A stretch of 64,000 nt of DNA, from assembly GCA_965153455.1 (NCBI GenBank), contig OZ234493.1, positions 32,478,213-32,542,212 of the forward strand, written 5' to 3'. Source of the stretch: Sphagnum compactum (lineage: Eukaryota). The position numbers were made by a program, and so were the translations under genes. Shown here one piece after another: positions 53,903 through 64,000 of the stretch. A model generated the notes under the pieces. That model did no database searches, had not been told where the DNA came from, and saw nothing but the letters and a program-made list of their open reading frames with translations. Within the stretch, counting starts at the first letter, position 1; each line of letters begins with the position of its first letter.

Positions 53903-54894
53903 TTAGTTGTTCCATATACAATTTTTTATAGCAACTTCTTCATAAATGCCCCCTTGATTTGTCCAACCCAGTTTGTACCATGTGAATTTTGGATGAGTCA
54001 TTTGAAAGGGAGTCATAATAGGTTTGCAATGGATGGTGCACAGGTGTGTCCCTTGCCAAGTCATGTAATCTGTGGTGTTGTCAAAAACTAATAAGGTAGT
54101 GGCTCATGGACAAAGTGGATGAAAATTGAATTGTGGTAAAAGAAAGAAGGAATTGGAGAATGAAAAAGTATGTGGAAGGAGAATGTCATTTCCTTATTTG
54201 AGGTTTCCTCAAATTATCTTACTATTATTAAGAAAGGTTGTTTGTTGTTTTGTGTGGCTTTGGTCCCATCAAACTTGTTGTCTCTTCTCTCCCCCATCGG
54301 GAAGGTTACAAATGGGTGTAAAGATTTGGCCATAAATTTTTAGCAAGAACTTGACCCAATGTGTGAGTGGCATTTGCAATATTATGTGTGCACCTGATGG
54401 ATGCAAATGTTTCATTGAATTTGCATGCGTCTAGATAAAATGTTCTAGTTCTAGTAAGGGAAGTTTTTAGTTTGCATAAACGACAGAGTCACTACTACAC
54501 AAATGAGCAGATGAGCTTACTTTGAGCTGCTTGTTTTTTGTTTGTTGTCACATTGAAATCTTTCTCCCTCCAGTTGTGCTCTTGGTCACTTGAAAGTCCT
54601 TGATGCATAGGGGGTGGGTGCATTGAGTGTAATGTTTAGCAATGCAATGCAGGAGTCATTGAACCTTGAGAGTCATTAAATTAAAGTTTTTATGGAAATA
54701 AGGGGTGCACTCTCAGTGTGCCCTTGGAAAGCCCTCAATGAGTGCACCAAGGTGGTTTTGTAATTTTGAGCCATATGGTGCTGCAATTCTTGATTTTTTT
54801 TCTTTCTTTTTTATGCAAACAACAGCAGACCCAACCAACCAAACAAGCAGTTGGCAACCTCAAGTCAAGCTCATTGGCAAAGGGCCAGCATGAG

Positions 54895-54985
54895 TTTCAC
54901 CTCCACTCCACTGGGTTTCAAACCCAAGACCTTCTTCAAGGTCTGAGGGTCCCAGAATGGGCTATATATAACCAGTGAGCCATCA
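54895..54985 (-). mobile_element. tRNA-derived SINE-like head (A and B boxes)
   Basis: Minus strand has TGGCTCACTGG (A-box-like, 54982-54972) and GGTTTGAAACC (B-box-like, 54924-54914) at tRNA-like spacing, but no complete cloverleaf. Confidence 0.35.
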
Positions 54986-55852
54986 CCTGTAGGGTGGTGG
55001 TCTTTCATTGTTTTGGTCATTGCAGATTCAATAAAATTCAATATTGATAAAGGGTAGATAGGCCGGTGAGTGAACAGTTAAGAACTCGAAGGAGGTCGAA
55101 TTGTCACACATTGTTCCTCTGGTTCTGAAGTTTAAAGAACATTTGTAGCTCTTCACCTAGTGCTTCCAACAATGCCAAAAAAATTCAATTTGATAAAGGA
55201 ATGAGGAAGATATGGGGTGTTTGGTGCAAGGGGGTTTAATGTTTGACGATGGGTGAATTTAAACAGATTAAAATTTTGAACATAAATTTTTAGATGGTTG
55301 CATCTTTGAAGCAGTTTGTAAAGCTTTAGTTGGTGCACCCATTAGGTTTTAAATCACTGAAACATGATAAAAAAATGAGGAAGATATGGGGCTGAAACGA
55401 GAGAGAAGTGTCGAGAGCTTTTTGTTCAAAAACTTTGTAACAAATTATGGCTCATCCTCTTACTGTGTTGTTTGCATTGCTCCTTTACTTTTCTGATGCT
55501 CAAAGATGATTGTAACTCTCCAGTTTGCATGTCCAGATTTTGTGCACGTGAGATTTTGTGAAATTTGTCTCCTGTATGAAATTGGTCGTAAAGGGCGGTG
55601 GTTTGTGACGGCCCTCATCATGCACATGCACATATATATGTTTGCAGCGTGTTTCATTTTGACTTCCACTTTACAACACAATGCAAACTATTCATCCGCT
55701 TTGTGGCTGCTATTGTACAACTTGCTCTGTGTTGCAGCCGGTCATTCTGCAAGCTTGAAGCACTCCCAGAAATTTCCTAGTGTATTTGGAGGGCACCTTA
55801 CATCCCCCAAAATCCTCCCCTAAGAATGAATATAAGGAGGGGGGTATTACAC

Positions 55853-55952
55853 TTACTCCTTAGGAGTGAGAGGGATCTTACACCTACTTAGTTAGTCACA
55901 CGATCCCTTTCAACTTATAGGTGTAAGATCTCCCTCAACTCTTAAGAAGTAA
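55853..55952. repeat. 100-bp inverted repeat (hairpin) with arms of about 34 bp
   Basis: Left arm TTACTCCTTAGGAGTGAGAGGGATCTTACACCTA aligns with the reverse complement of the right arm, TTACTTCTTAAGAGTTGAGGGAGATCTTACACCTA. Confidence 0.8.
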
Positions 55953-56481
55953 TAGGCATAATATTTTTGCCCTTCATACACCTCATGATCTATGCATGTT
56001 ATATATGTTCGTATAATATTTTTGCCTCATGCATTATGGTGGGTAAAGCCCACATGTGAGGGGTTGTTCCTAAATTGTGGGGTTGGACTTGGCTGCCTTG
56101 TACCCCTAAGACACCCCTAAGAATAAGACTAGAGGGGAGAGGCCCTAAAAGTCCTAGTAAACAAGGACCTAAGGTTTTGTTTGGTGAGTGGGGCTTTCAA
56201 GGGAAGGCCATTGGAGATTTGGCTAGTGTCCATAAAATTAGGCAAAGGTCCTGGTGATGTAAATTGGATGAATAAATGTCCTCCCGATGACGACAGAGGC
56301 ATTGTCAACATCCCCCTCTCCAATGAGTTGTTTGAGAGCCCCACGAGGACATTGCAATGGAACACCAAAAGGGTCATACTTTTATCTGAAAACATATTCT
56401 CTAAATCTAAAGTATGGGATAGATTCTCTTTTTGTTTTGGAGCTTATGATTTCAAAGCCTTGCAAAGGGGTTTTGATCCCC

Positions 56482-56724
56482 TAGCTCAGGTTTTTTTCAT
56501 TCTAGGCATGGGGTTTGGACTTGTGCAAGTTGCACATGTTTATTATATAATTCAAATTATAAGAGTACTCAAGTACTATCACAACCACTTTCGAGCAACT
56601 CAAATCCGAAGTGACTTGAAATTGGGTGTGAAAGCACTTGAATACTTTTACAATTGGAATTCTAATAAACATGTGCAACTTGCACAAGTCCCAACCCCAT
56701 GCTCGAAATCAAAAACCTCATGCT
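56482..56724. repeat. Long fold-back (arms of about 80-100 bp), MITE-like
   Basis: GCATGGGGTTTGGACTTGTGCAAGTTGCACATGTTTATTA (from 56506) pairs with TAATAAACATGTGCAACTTGCACAAGTCCCAACCCCATGC (to 56702). Pairing continues inward and, more weakly, outward. Confidence 0.85.
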
Positions 56725-57820
56725 AAAGCATCAAAAGCTTTAGGTTAGGGAATAAAAGACCCCCATGTTATGTGCTTTGACGGTGAGGGGGCTCCAAGAC
56801 AAAAAAATGTTGCCATGCTAATGGAATCTACCTTGTGCTAATGGAATTTTTTTGAGTAAGGGGTACGAAATATGTATGGCCCTTTTGGTAATCCATACAT
56901 AGTCCCCTAAGCATTCCTTAAGGTGCTTGCACATGCACATTTCTTCTCAAAGAGTCCTCATATTTTGAGCATTTATTAAATGAATTCACTTGGTAGACCC
57001 TCACCACAAATGGGAATGGGCAAGCCAACAATGTGAACTCTATTTAATTTTGGGTTTCACTTTGGATGTTTGGGCTTTATATTTTGATTTTCACAAAGTT
57101 AACATTATCTAATATTATTTGAAAATGCGTTAGATTTTGGTTTGAATTAGTCAATTAAAAAACATTTGAAATGAAAAAAATGTAAACAACCCACTTAACA
57201 TATCTTGTCACTTTCCATCTAAAAATGATTGTTTGTCAAATTTTTAATTTAGCACATACTTATGGTTATCACTCTTAAAAACACAAAATTGTGATATGAT
57301 AATTATCAAACTTTTCCACAAGGTTCACAAATTTATTCCAACCATATGAAATCATAATGTTTAGTAAATATTACAAATTTCATAAAGATTAAAAATCATT
57401 TCAATCATTTGTTGAATATATTTGCAATTTTTAATATGTTGTGACCTATATTTTTTTGGCACAAATATACTCTAACATCACATCATATAGTTTTATTTTA
57501 TTTTTAAATTTAAACATCTGATTTCTTTGGGTTTTGACTAACATAATATGCAAAAACATTATCAAAATCTTTCATAATAATGACATGGTTGAAACTCAAG
57601 CATGGGACCCCTAAAAAACAATACAATGTGACAACAACTTTGATGCCCTTGTAGTGTGCTTTCATCCTTGATTGGAATGATATTTCTTCCAATTCTTTCG
57701 ACTATTTTCTAGTTCAAACCAAAACATCTTCCTCATTTGTGATGGAAAAACTAAAGGTGATACACTCACTAAGAGCTTGTAAAGATTGACATGTGGCATA
57801 CTACACTTAAAATGTTGGAC

Positions 57821-57866
<46 letters not shown>

Positions 57867-57904
57867 CATAACATATGATGCTTAATTTGGTTTTGAAACT
57901 AACA

Positions 57905-58870
57905 CCATACTAGCAATCTCATTGTTTGAATTTTGTTAAGCCACAAGTGGAAATTAGAAAGATTGTGGTTACTATTATATACAAGTATATTCATGGATAT
58001 AATGCAGCACATATATGGCAAATTGATTGAAATTAGGTACATCAACTATTAGAAAATGTGTTGACATAATGATTGATGTCCACAAGTTATTTAGCAAATA
58101 CATTAGCCTTATTATTGGTGACTATTTGCAATAAACCATTTTTTTTTTTAGGATTGTTTGCCTAACATTTGTGAAACAATTGATGGAACCTACATTCTAT
58201 TAATATAATACTTAAGCAAAAAGATGACATTTGTGATGAATGATTCTTTCAAGTTCCACAACTTTGTTATGCAAGTTGTATGTGATATGAACATAAATGT
58301 TTTAGAATGTATGTGCAGGACAACCCAAAAAAAATTCATGATGTGGGTAGTTTAAGAATTCAAATCTTTACAAAACATGGATGAATTATGAGAGTTTTTA
58401 GGAACTTGTGCCAATTGTTAGATGTATGAAGTGCATTCCACATCTCATTGGAGATGTAGCTTATCCAATTTGAAAACATTCGCACAAGAGTAGAAAGACT
58501 ACAAATCCATTGGAAGTGGAGAAGAAAAGATTTGATGTTGCCACGAACATAGGGAAGATAGATATAAAAATTGCTTTTGAGTCTTTAAAATATAGATCGA
58601 TTATTCTAACCCATTTCAGTACAACTTTAAAAAAAACAGAACAAATTTCAAGAGCTTGATGAGTACTTCACAATTACTATGAGAAGTGGAGTTGTTTTGA
58701 TCAAAGACTACCACATTAGGGTCATAAAAGTGACAATCTTGTAAGGTTTGGTGTAGATAGAGTTCCTACTTGGACAATTGGAGAGAGAAAGAAATAGCAA
58801 AACATGATGGAGAGGTTTTGATAATCAAATTGTTTGAGAAATGGATGCTTGAACATCCAATTTCTTGATA
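57905..58870 (+). pseudogene. Decayed PIF/Harbinger DDE transposase (HARBI1-like) relic
   Basis: Plus-strand fragments PNICETIDGTYIL (58161-58199), FHNFVMQVVCD, CAGQP..IHD, PHLIGDVAYPI* (from 58438), IAFESLKYRSIIL and A**VLHNY (about 58654-58677), with many stops and frameshifts. Confidence 0.8.
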
Positions 58871-59674
58871 TTACAATAAACATTTTATTATTATGAAAAG
58901 TTGTTGGAACTATGAATCTAATTTAATTCAAGCACATAAAAATCTAAAATTATTCTAATTGTGAAAAAGAATATAGTTACTATTAGTTGGGTCTTTAGGT
59001 TTCACCATATCTAAGCCATTTGTAACTAACTTTCAATTACAAACTACCTATTCAACTATTCATTATGGAAGATCTATGTGATACTTCTTTCTTGCATTTC
59101 CATCTTCATCTTTTCCATTTATTGCACATTTTTAAAGAAATTTATACTGGCATCTAATATTGTACTAAATCCTTAGGGAAATCACTTCCATTTTTTCCCA
59201 AATAACATGTAGAAAATAGGGTGCAACTAATTGATTGAAAAATAAATAACATAATTTACTTCAATGTAAATAGGGTGCTTATAATTCATTATGAAAATAT
59301 ACCTTTTTTTTTCAATTTCGATATTTTTTTTTAACATTCCATTATTTCATAACATTACCAAAAAAAAAAAAAAACAACCTCATGTGTTTCATAAAACATA
59401 CAAAAAGTGGCTACCTAAAACTAAATTGTGCATTCAACTTCTTTTTTAAAAAAAATTTATTGTTGAACTTTCATTTTAACTCCAAGTAATTTGCAAGCCT
59501 AAGTGCATGGGATGTATTCAAATGGAGTAAAACAACAATGCCATCACCAAATATGAATATAGATGTTTATTTGGAGATGTAAGAAGGACATGAGTGTTAG
59601 GTACAACCTTTGATTCATCATTTGAATTCAGAACTTCCTTGTGTGTTATTTTCACACCTTGATCAAATTTTTAA

Positions 59675-59830
59675 GGTAGGCCGTCAATTTTTTTCATGCC
59701 TCCATATGTGGTCAAATCTCTCATATTAAGGTCAATCAAATGGAGGAACATAGTTATATGACATATTTCCTTTTCCTTTTCATATTTTTCCTTGAACTTG
59801 AAGAATTTGTCTTTACATTGCTTCTATATG
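59675..59830 (-). pseudogene. Myb/SANT (trihelix-like) DNA-binding ORF relic, probable second ORF of the adjacent Harbinger element
   Basis: Reads *KQCKDKFFKFKEKYEKEK and, after a frameshift, PPFD*P*YERFDHI...GG..KIDGLP. This resembles the trihelix QCKDK..LK..Y...WPWY pattern and is convergent with the transposase relic. Confidence 0.55.
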
Positions 59831-62825
59831 TTTTGTGCTTGCTAAGGAAAATTTGCATTCAAACATTCTTAAAACCTTGATCCTTTTTTTTCTAAAAATA
59901 AATATTCATTAGTTGTTTGCATGCTACGGTGGACCCAAACATAGTCAAAACTAGATGTACAAAACCTACTAAAAGAGTCACAACTTTAAATTCATTTATT
60001 TTGAAATATTCTAAAAACTCCATTTAGTTTACTTAGGCTTTAGAATTAAAATAAATTAATACAATCTTGAATATCAAATTGTTTCATGTTTTTTTTTTTG
60101 AATAAATGTACACCAATTACATTATAAAACTTGTTGAAAACACCTTATTTGGTAGCAACATGCCATTTTTGACTAATTAAAAAAATTCATTTCAATTTCG
60201 TGGATAAATTAAAATAACACCTAATGCATCTATATCTTCAATGGAAGAACATTTTACAACTTACAAACATCATAATCATCATCATTATTATAACATAACG
60301 TACCACCAAAGGTCCATATTTAATTCAAATATAAACTTTATGATTTTAAGTCAATTTGAAAAAGCTTGAATGGAAGATTATTCTTGTACATATATACATT
60401 GACTTGAAAATTTCATTAAATTTTTTTAACTAAAATAAATATTGTTTAGTCCTTTTGTTAAAATAATGATTTTGTAACATGCAATGACCTGTTAAATATG
60501 TACTCCAAAGGACTATCATTTTTATTTGCACTAATTTCACAACATAATGATAAACCAAGATTTGACCCACCTTTAATTGCACATTTTGACTACTAAACCT
60601 TCTCCAATTACGTCCCCCAAAATTTCAAAAAACATTTATTGAAAATTGCAAATTTGTGATTTTTTTTGGGTCCAATGTATTGTACTTTCAAACACCATGT
60701 TCCTCTTTCACACTCCCAATACTTCTTGTATAAATGAAACAAGTAATGAAAATAGTATGGTCGGATTGTCTCCATTAACTCCATCTTTTGTTGCATTCCT
60801 TCCATCTTTTGTTTATGAATCTCATTCATAGACCTCGAAACATTCATAGATGTAAGACCCAAAATGTAAATTACAAAAGATTTTTAGCAGTATTCCATGC
60901 AAGGTGAAGTCAATACACACAAATTGAAAAAAACATGGTTACTGCAAATTAAAGTCAAAATGGTGCATAGACAATCCATGGGCTAGCATAGAATCACAAC
61001 ACACACCACATGCCAAATTGGGAGGAAGCACCATTTTGCCTCTTATAGTATATTTTGTCAATGGTGATTTGGATTACATTGAAATGGCAAAAAAATTCAA
61101 AATTTACCACAAGTTATGAATCCTACTATTTTCCAAGTTCATAACTTCCTCAAATGAACTCCAAATCAAAAGAATTCACATGCAATATTGTAACCTTGGA
61201 AGAGAGCTTTCCAATTAAGATTTTCAATTGGATTTTATTTAACCTTTCAAAAAGTCAAATAGATGGTTGGAAGTCAATTTAGCAATTTAATTCTCAATCT
61301 TTTAAATGACCATAATTCCTTTTGGAAATACTTTTTTGCAATGAAATCTCATTACAATATTTTACTTTTCATAATATTTTCAATATTTTAAAGAAGGCCC
61401 AATTTGGACAAGGTTTGATCTAGTGTTGAGTAGTTTTTTTAAATCATTAATAATTTTACTTCCATTTTTTTAAAATTTAAAAATCAAAGATCCTTTGGTT
61501 CCAATTTCTTTATAAAAAATGGAATAAAAAACCTATCTATATCTAGTTTTAAAATAATTTAGATTTCCTAGTTTCTAACGAAGTTAATTATCTTATAAGC
61601 CAATCCATCGGTGGACCAGAGTGGGTTGACATTGCTATGTATGTGTCCATAAGTGACATAATTATATATAATTGTTGACATGAGGTCCTGTGAAAATAGT
61701 ATGAATTTTACACATATTTTAAATGCATATTCCCATTCTTAAAGATTCAGGAATAGGCATAATAAGCTTTTCTCCTACACTTCATGATCTCAATATGCAT
61801 TAATGTGAAGGATGAAGCTTGCACAAGTTCTTTCAATCTCACATACGTTTGTTGCACCAAGTTTATTTTATGGGCTTTTGGGTTTGGAGGGTTAGATGTT
61901 GATCATTAATCCTATGGTGATGGCATATAACAATGTGGAATGTTTTTGGGTGAAAGCACAATCAAATAGACATGTGTTAATCCTTGTAAATTCAAACTTA
62001 AAATAGTGATACAAATTTGATTTATAACCTCTTAATCATTAATATGAGTATTTATTTTGTTATTATCATTTCATATTAAAAATCCACAAGTTTAATATGC
62101 ATTCAAATAGATTTTTGAAACTCAAATCAATTTTGCTGGAACGTTAATGTCTTTGAAAGTAGGTTGCAAGTTGATGAAATGAGTGTCTTGGATTTTTATT
62201 CTTTTCAAATTGATGGTGCCCCAACTTATATTATGTACTTTCAGATTCATAATAGATAGTCATATCTTATCAAAATATATAGTTTATAAATATCTGAATA
62301 GTTAATATACAACCATTAACTAAATGAATCTCTCTCCTCTATCTCTCCATCCCTAACCAGACATTTAACACAACTCTAGTGTTATCTTAGGAGGTTTTGA
62401 AGATTGCAAAAATTCTTGACTTGGATTTAATTTCTACTTAAAAGTGACCCTAGGGTTTTTTGTAGCAATGTGGATACTGGGTGTATTACAAAACCCACCA
62501 AATTCACACAAGCAACTTGTGAACCAATGCAAAAACAGAGGGTAGAAAATCTATCTGCTTTCGAGATTCATGCACATCTCACCACATCTGTGCGCATTTT
62601 TAAGATTGGGCCATGTGTCTATTGGTTAGGACATGCAAATCAAGTTGCAATATAACGGGTTGGGTTATAACTTGTGTGGCAAGATATGGTTTCTTTGGTT
62701 TGCCCATATATTCTGCACATTCCAAAGTACCATGCATTGGCTGTCCACTTTCCCCTACCCAACCTTATTGCAGTTCATCTTTTGATGGAACTAGGAAAGT
62801 AGACACATGATCTCGTGTTAGAAGA

Positions 62826-63258
62826 CTAGTGTGGCTTTTGCCCTTGGCCCAAATGTTACCAAGTCCTCAACTGATTTTTCCTTCCAAAACTTGGTTTTTT
62901 GGAATTTAATGAATTTTCAGCAGCAGAAATCACTTAAAAATCAATATCTACCCACATTCTGATTCCAAATCTGACCAAATAAATTCCATTAAATCCTGCT
63001 CATCAGGACCTTTCCAACAACACCAAAGGCACATTCCAATTCCTCTGAAATTTTCAGCTACAATTTAATTTAATTTTCAGTGAAGAAATCATTCAATATT
63101 CAAGAACTTTTGCACCGTGAGTCCAAACATTATGGAACCAAGCCCATGCACCCCTCCTTGTCGAGAGCTTTCCAAAGATGCCAAGAACACGGTCTGAAGC
63201 ATCCCGGTTCGGTGGATCTCATAACTACAAAACAAAACAAACTACCTTCATAGATAGA
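62826..63258 (-). mobile_element. Non-autonomous Helitron-like element
   Basis: On the minus strand it starts TC (TCTATCTATGAAGG) after a host A and ends GGGCCAAGGGCAAAAGCCACACTAG before a host T. This fits the 5'-TC / 3'-CTAG / A|T insertion signature. The subterminal hairpin is weak. Confidence 0.55.
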
Positions 63259-63514
63259 TGTGCTCTGCTTCCTTTCAAAGGTCTGTAAGTATAGAGCACA
63301 CCTTCAAAACTTCACAGTACCCTCAATACCTTTATTGCCATAAGAGTAAAGTTTCTCACCTTGGGTCTGTGGAGCTCAATGTTCAAATGTTCTTTACATC
63401 ACACCTCAATATGCAAATTGGCACATGCAATTCACCATTTGCCAATGCACTTAATTCAATAATTTTGTGTACACAACAAATACCTCTGGAGTAAATATAA
63501 AAAGAGCGTGGCAT

Positions 63515-63961
63515 TCATGGGGGTTGCTTACTAGATGTCATCCGAGAGGTAGGCTGGCATGCAGACAATGCATAAACAGTTTTCCCATTCCAGCCTGCCA
63601 GAAACCAGCCATTATCTTCACCAATGTCAAAACCCCTGGGAAAATGCCTCAGCAGGGCCCTGATTTTGGCTTTAGTACTTTCCGATATGGGCATCTGTGT
63701 GAACCCTGCTCGTAGACTCCGTGCCTGCCATGAAGTGTAGGGCTCAGCACGCTCAACTCTCTCCAGACCTTCACAAGCCACTATATTGAGGATGGCACGA
63801 CCATGAATCTCTTGCTCTATGATAACCCTGTGAGGATGCTCTGCTGGCAGTGAAGCAGCAAATGCTTCAAACGTTGTTGAATAGTGATCCATAGCCCCCT
63901 GAAACCGGGACATAAAGAAGGGTGCATTGTAGTTTCCATTCACCACTCCATGCACAAATAT
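63515..63961 (-). CDS. GRAS family transcription regulator, LISCL/SCL14-like; 3' terminal exon only (PFYRE-SAW region), gene continues beyond the window
   Basis: Translation IFVHGVVNGNYNAPFFMSRF...GRAILNIVACEGLERVERAEPYTSWQARSLRAGF...GWFLAGWNGKTVYALSAC matches the GRAS C-terminus. It is preceded by a polypyrimidine tract and CAG acceptor (63962-64000). Confidence 0.9.
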   Translation of the reverse strand: MFVHGVVNGNYNAPFFMSRFQGAMDHYSTTFEAFAASLPAEHPHRVIIEQEIHGRAILNIVACEGLERVERAEPYTSWQARSLRAGFTQMPISESTKAKIRALLRHFPRGFDIGEDNGWFLAGWNGKTVYALSACQPTSRMTSSKQPP

Positions 63962-64000
63962 CTGTAGAAAGAAATGAAAAAATCGAAACGAAAAGAAATA

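Noticed and set aside
56181..56726. 181-aa plus-strand ORF
   Set aside because: Non-ATG start, runs through a fold-back repeat and has no recognisable domain.

Overview
AT-rich, repeat-dense eukaryotic nuclear DNA from a land plant. The gene content, (TTTAGGG)n tracts and repeat landscape suggest a bryophyte such as a moss (Sphagnum-like); this is an inference. Four spliced minus-strand genes could be rebuilt by hand from GT-AG sites with consistent phases: a TBL/YLS7-type polysaccharide O-acetyltransferase (4 exons, 26235-23260), a pinin-like splicing factor (10 exons, 38514-33333), DGD1 digalactosyldiacylglycerol synthase (7 exons, 53195-49208), and the last exon of a LISCL/SCL14-type GRAS factor cut by the window edge (63961-63515). 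Intergenic DNA holds two decayed PIF/Harbinger transposase relics (one with a Myb/SANT partner relic), a CACTA-like element enclosing a fold-back repeat, Helitron-like and MITE-like elements, a 1.7 kb palindrome-built degenerate satellite, a tandem array upstream of DGD1 and interstitial telomeric repeats. The first 23 kb has no protein I can recognise, but it contains exon-like segments. I found no firmly supported new biological system. The best leads are the atypical GRAS gene, the palindromic satellite, the DGD1 upstream array and the unexplained exon-like region.
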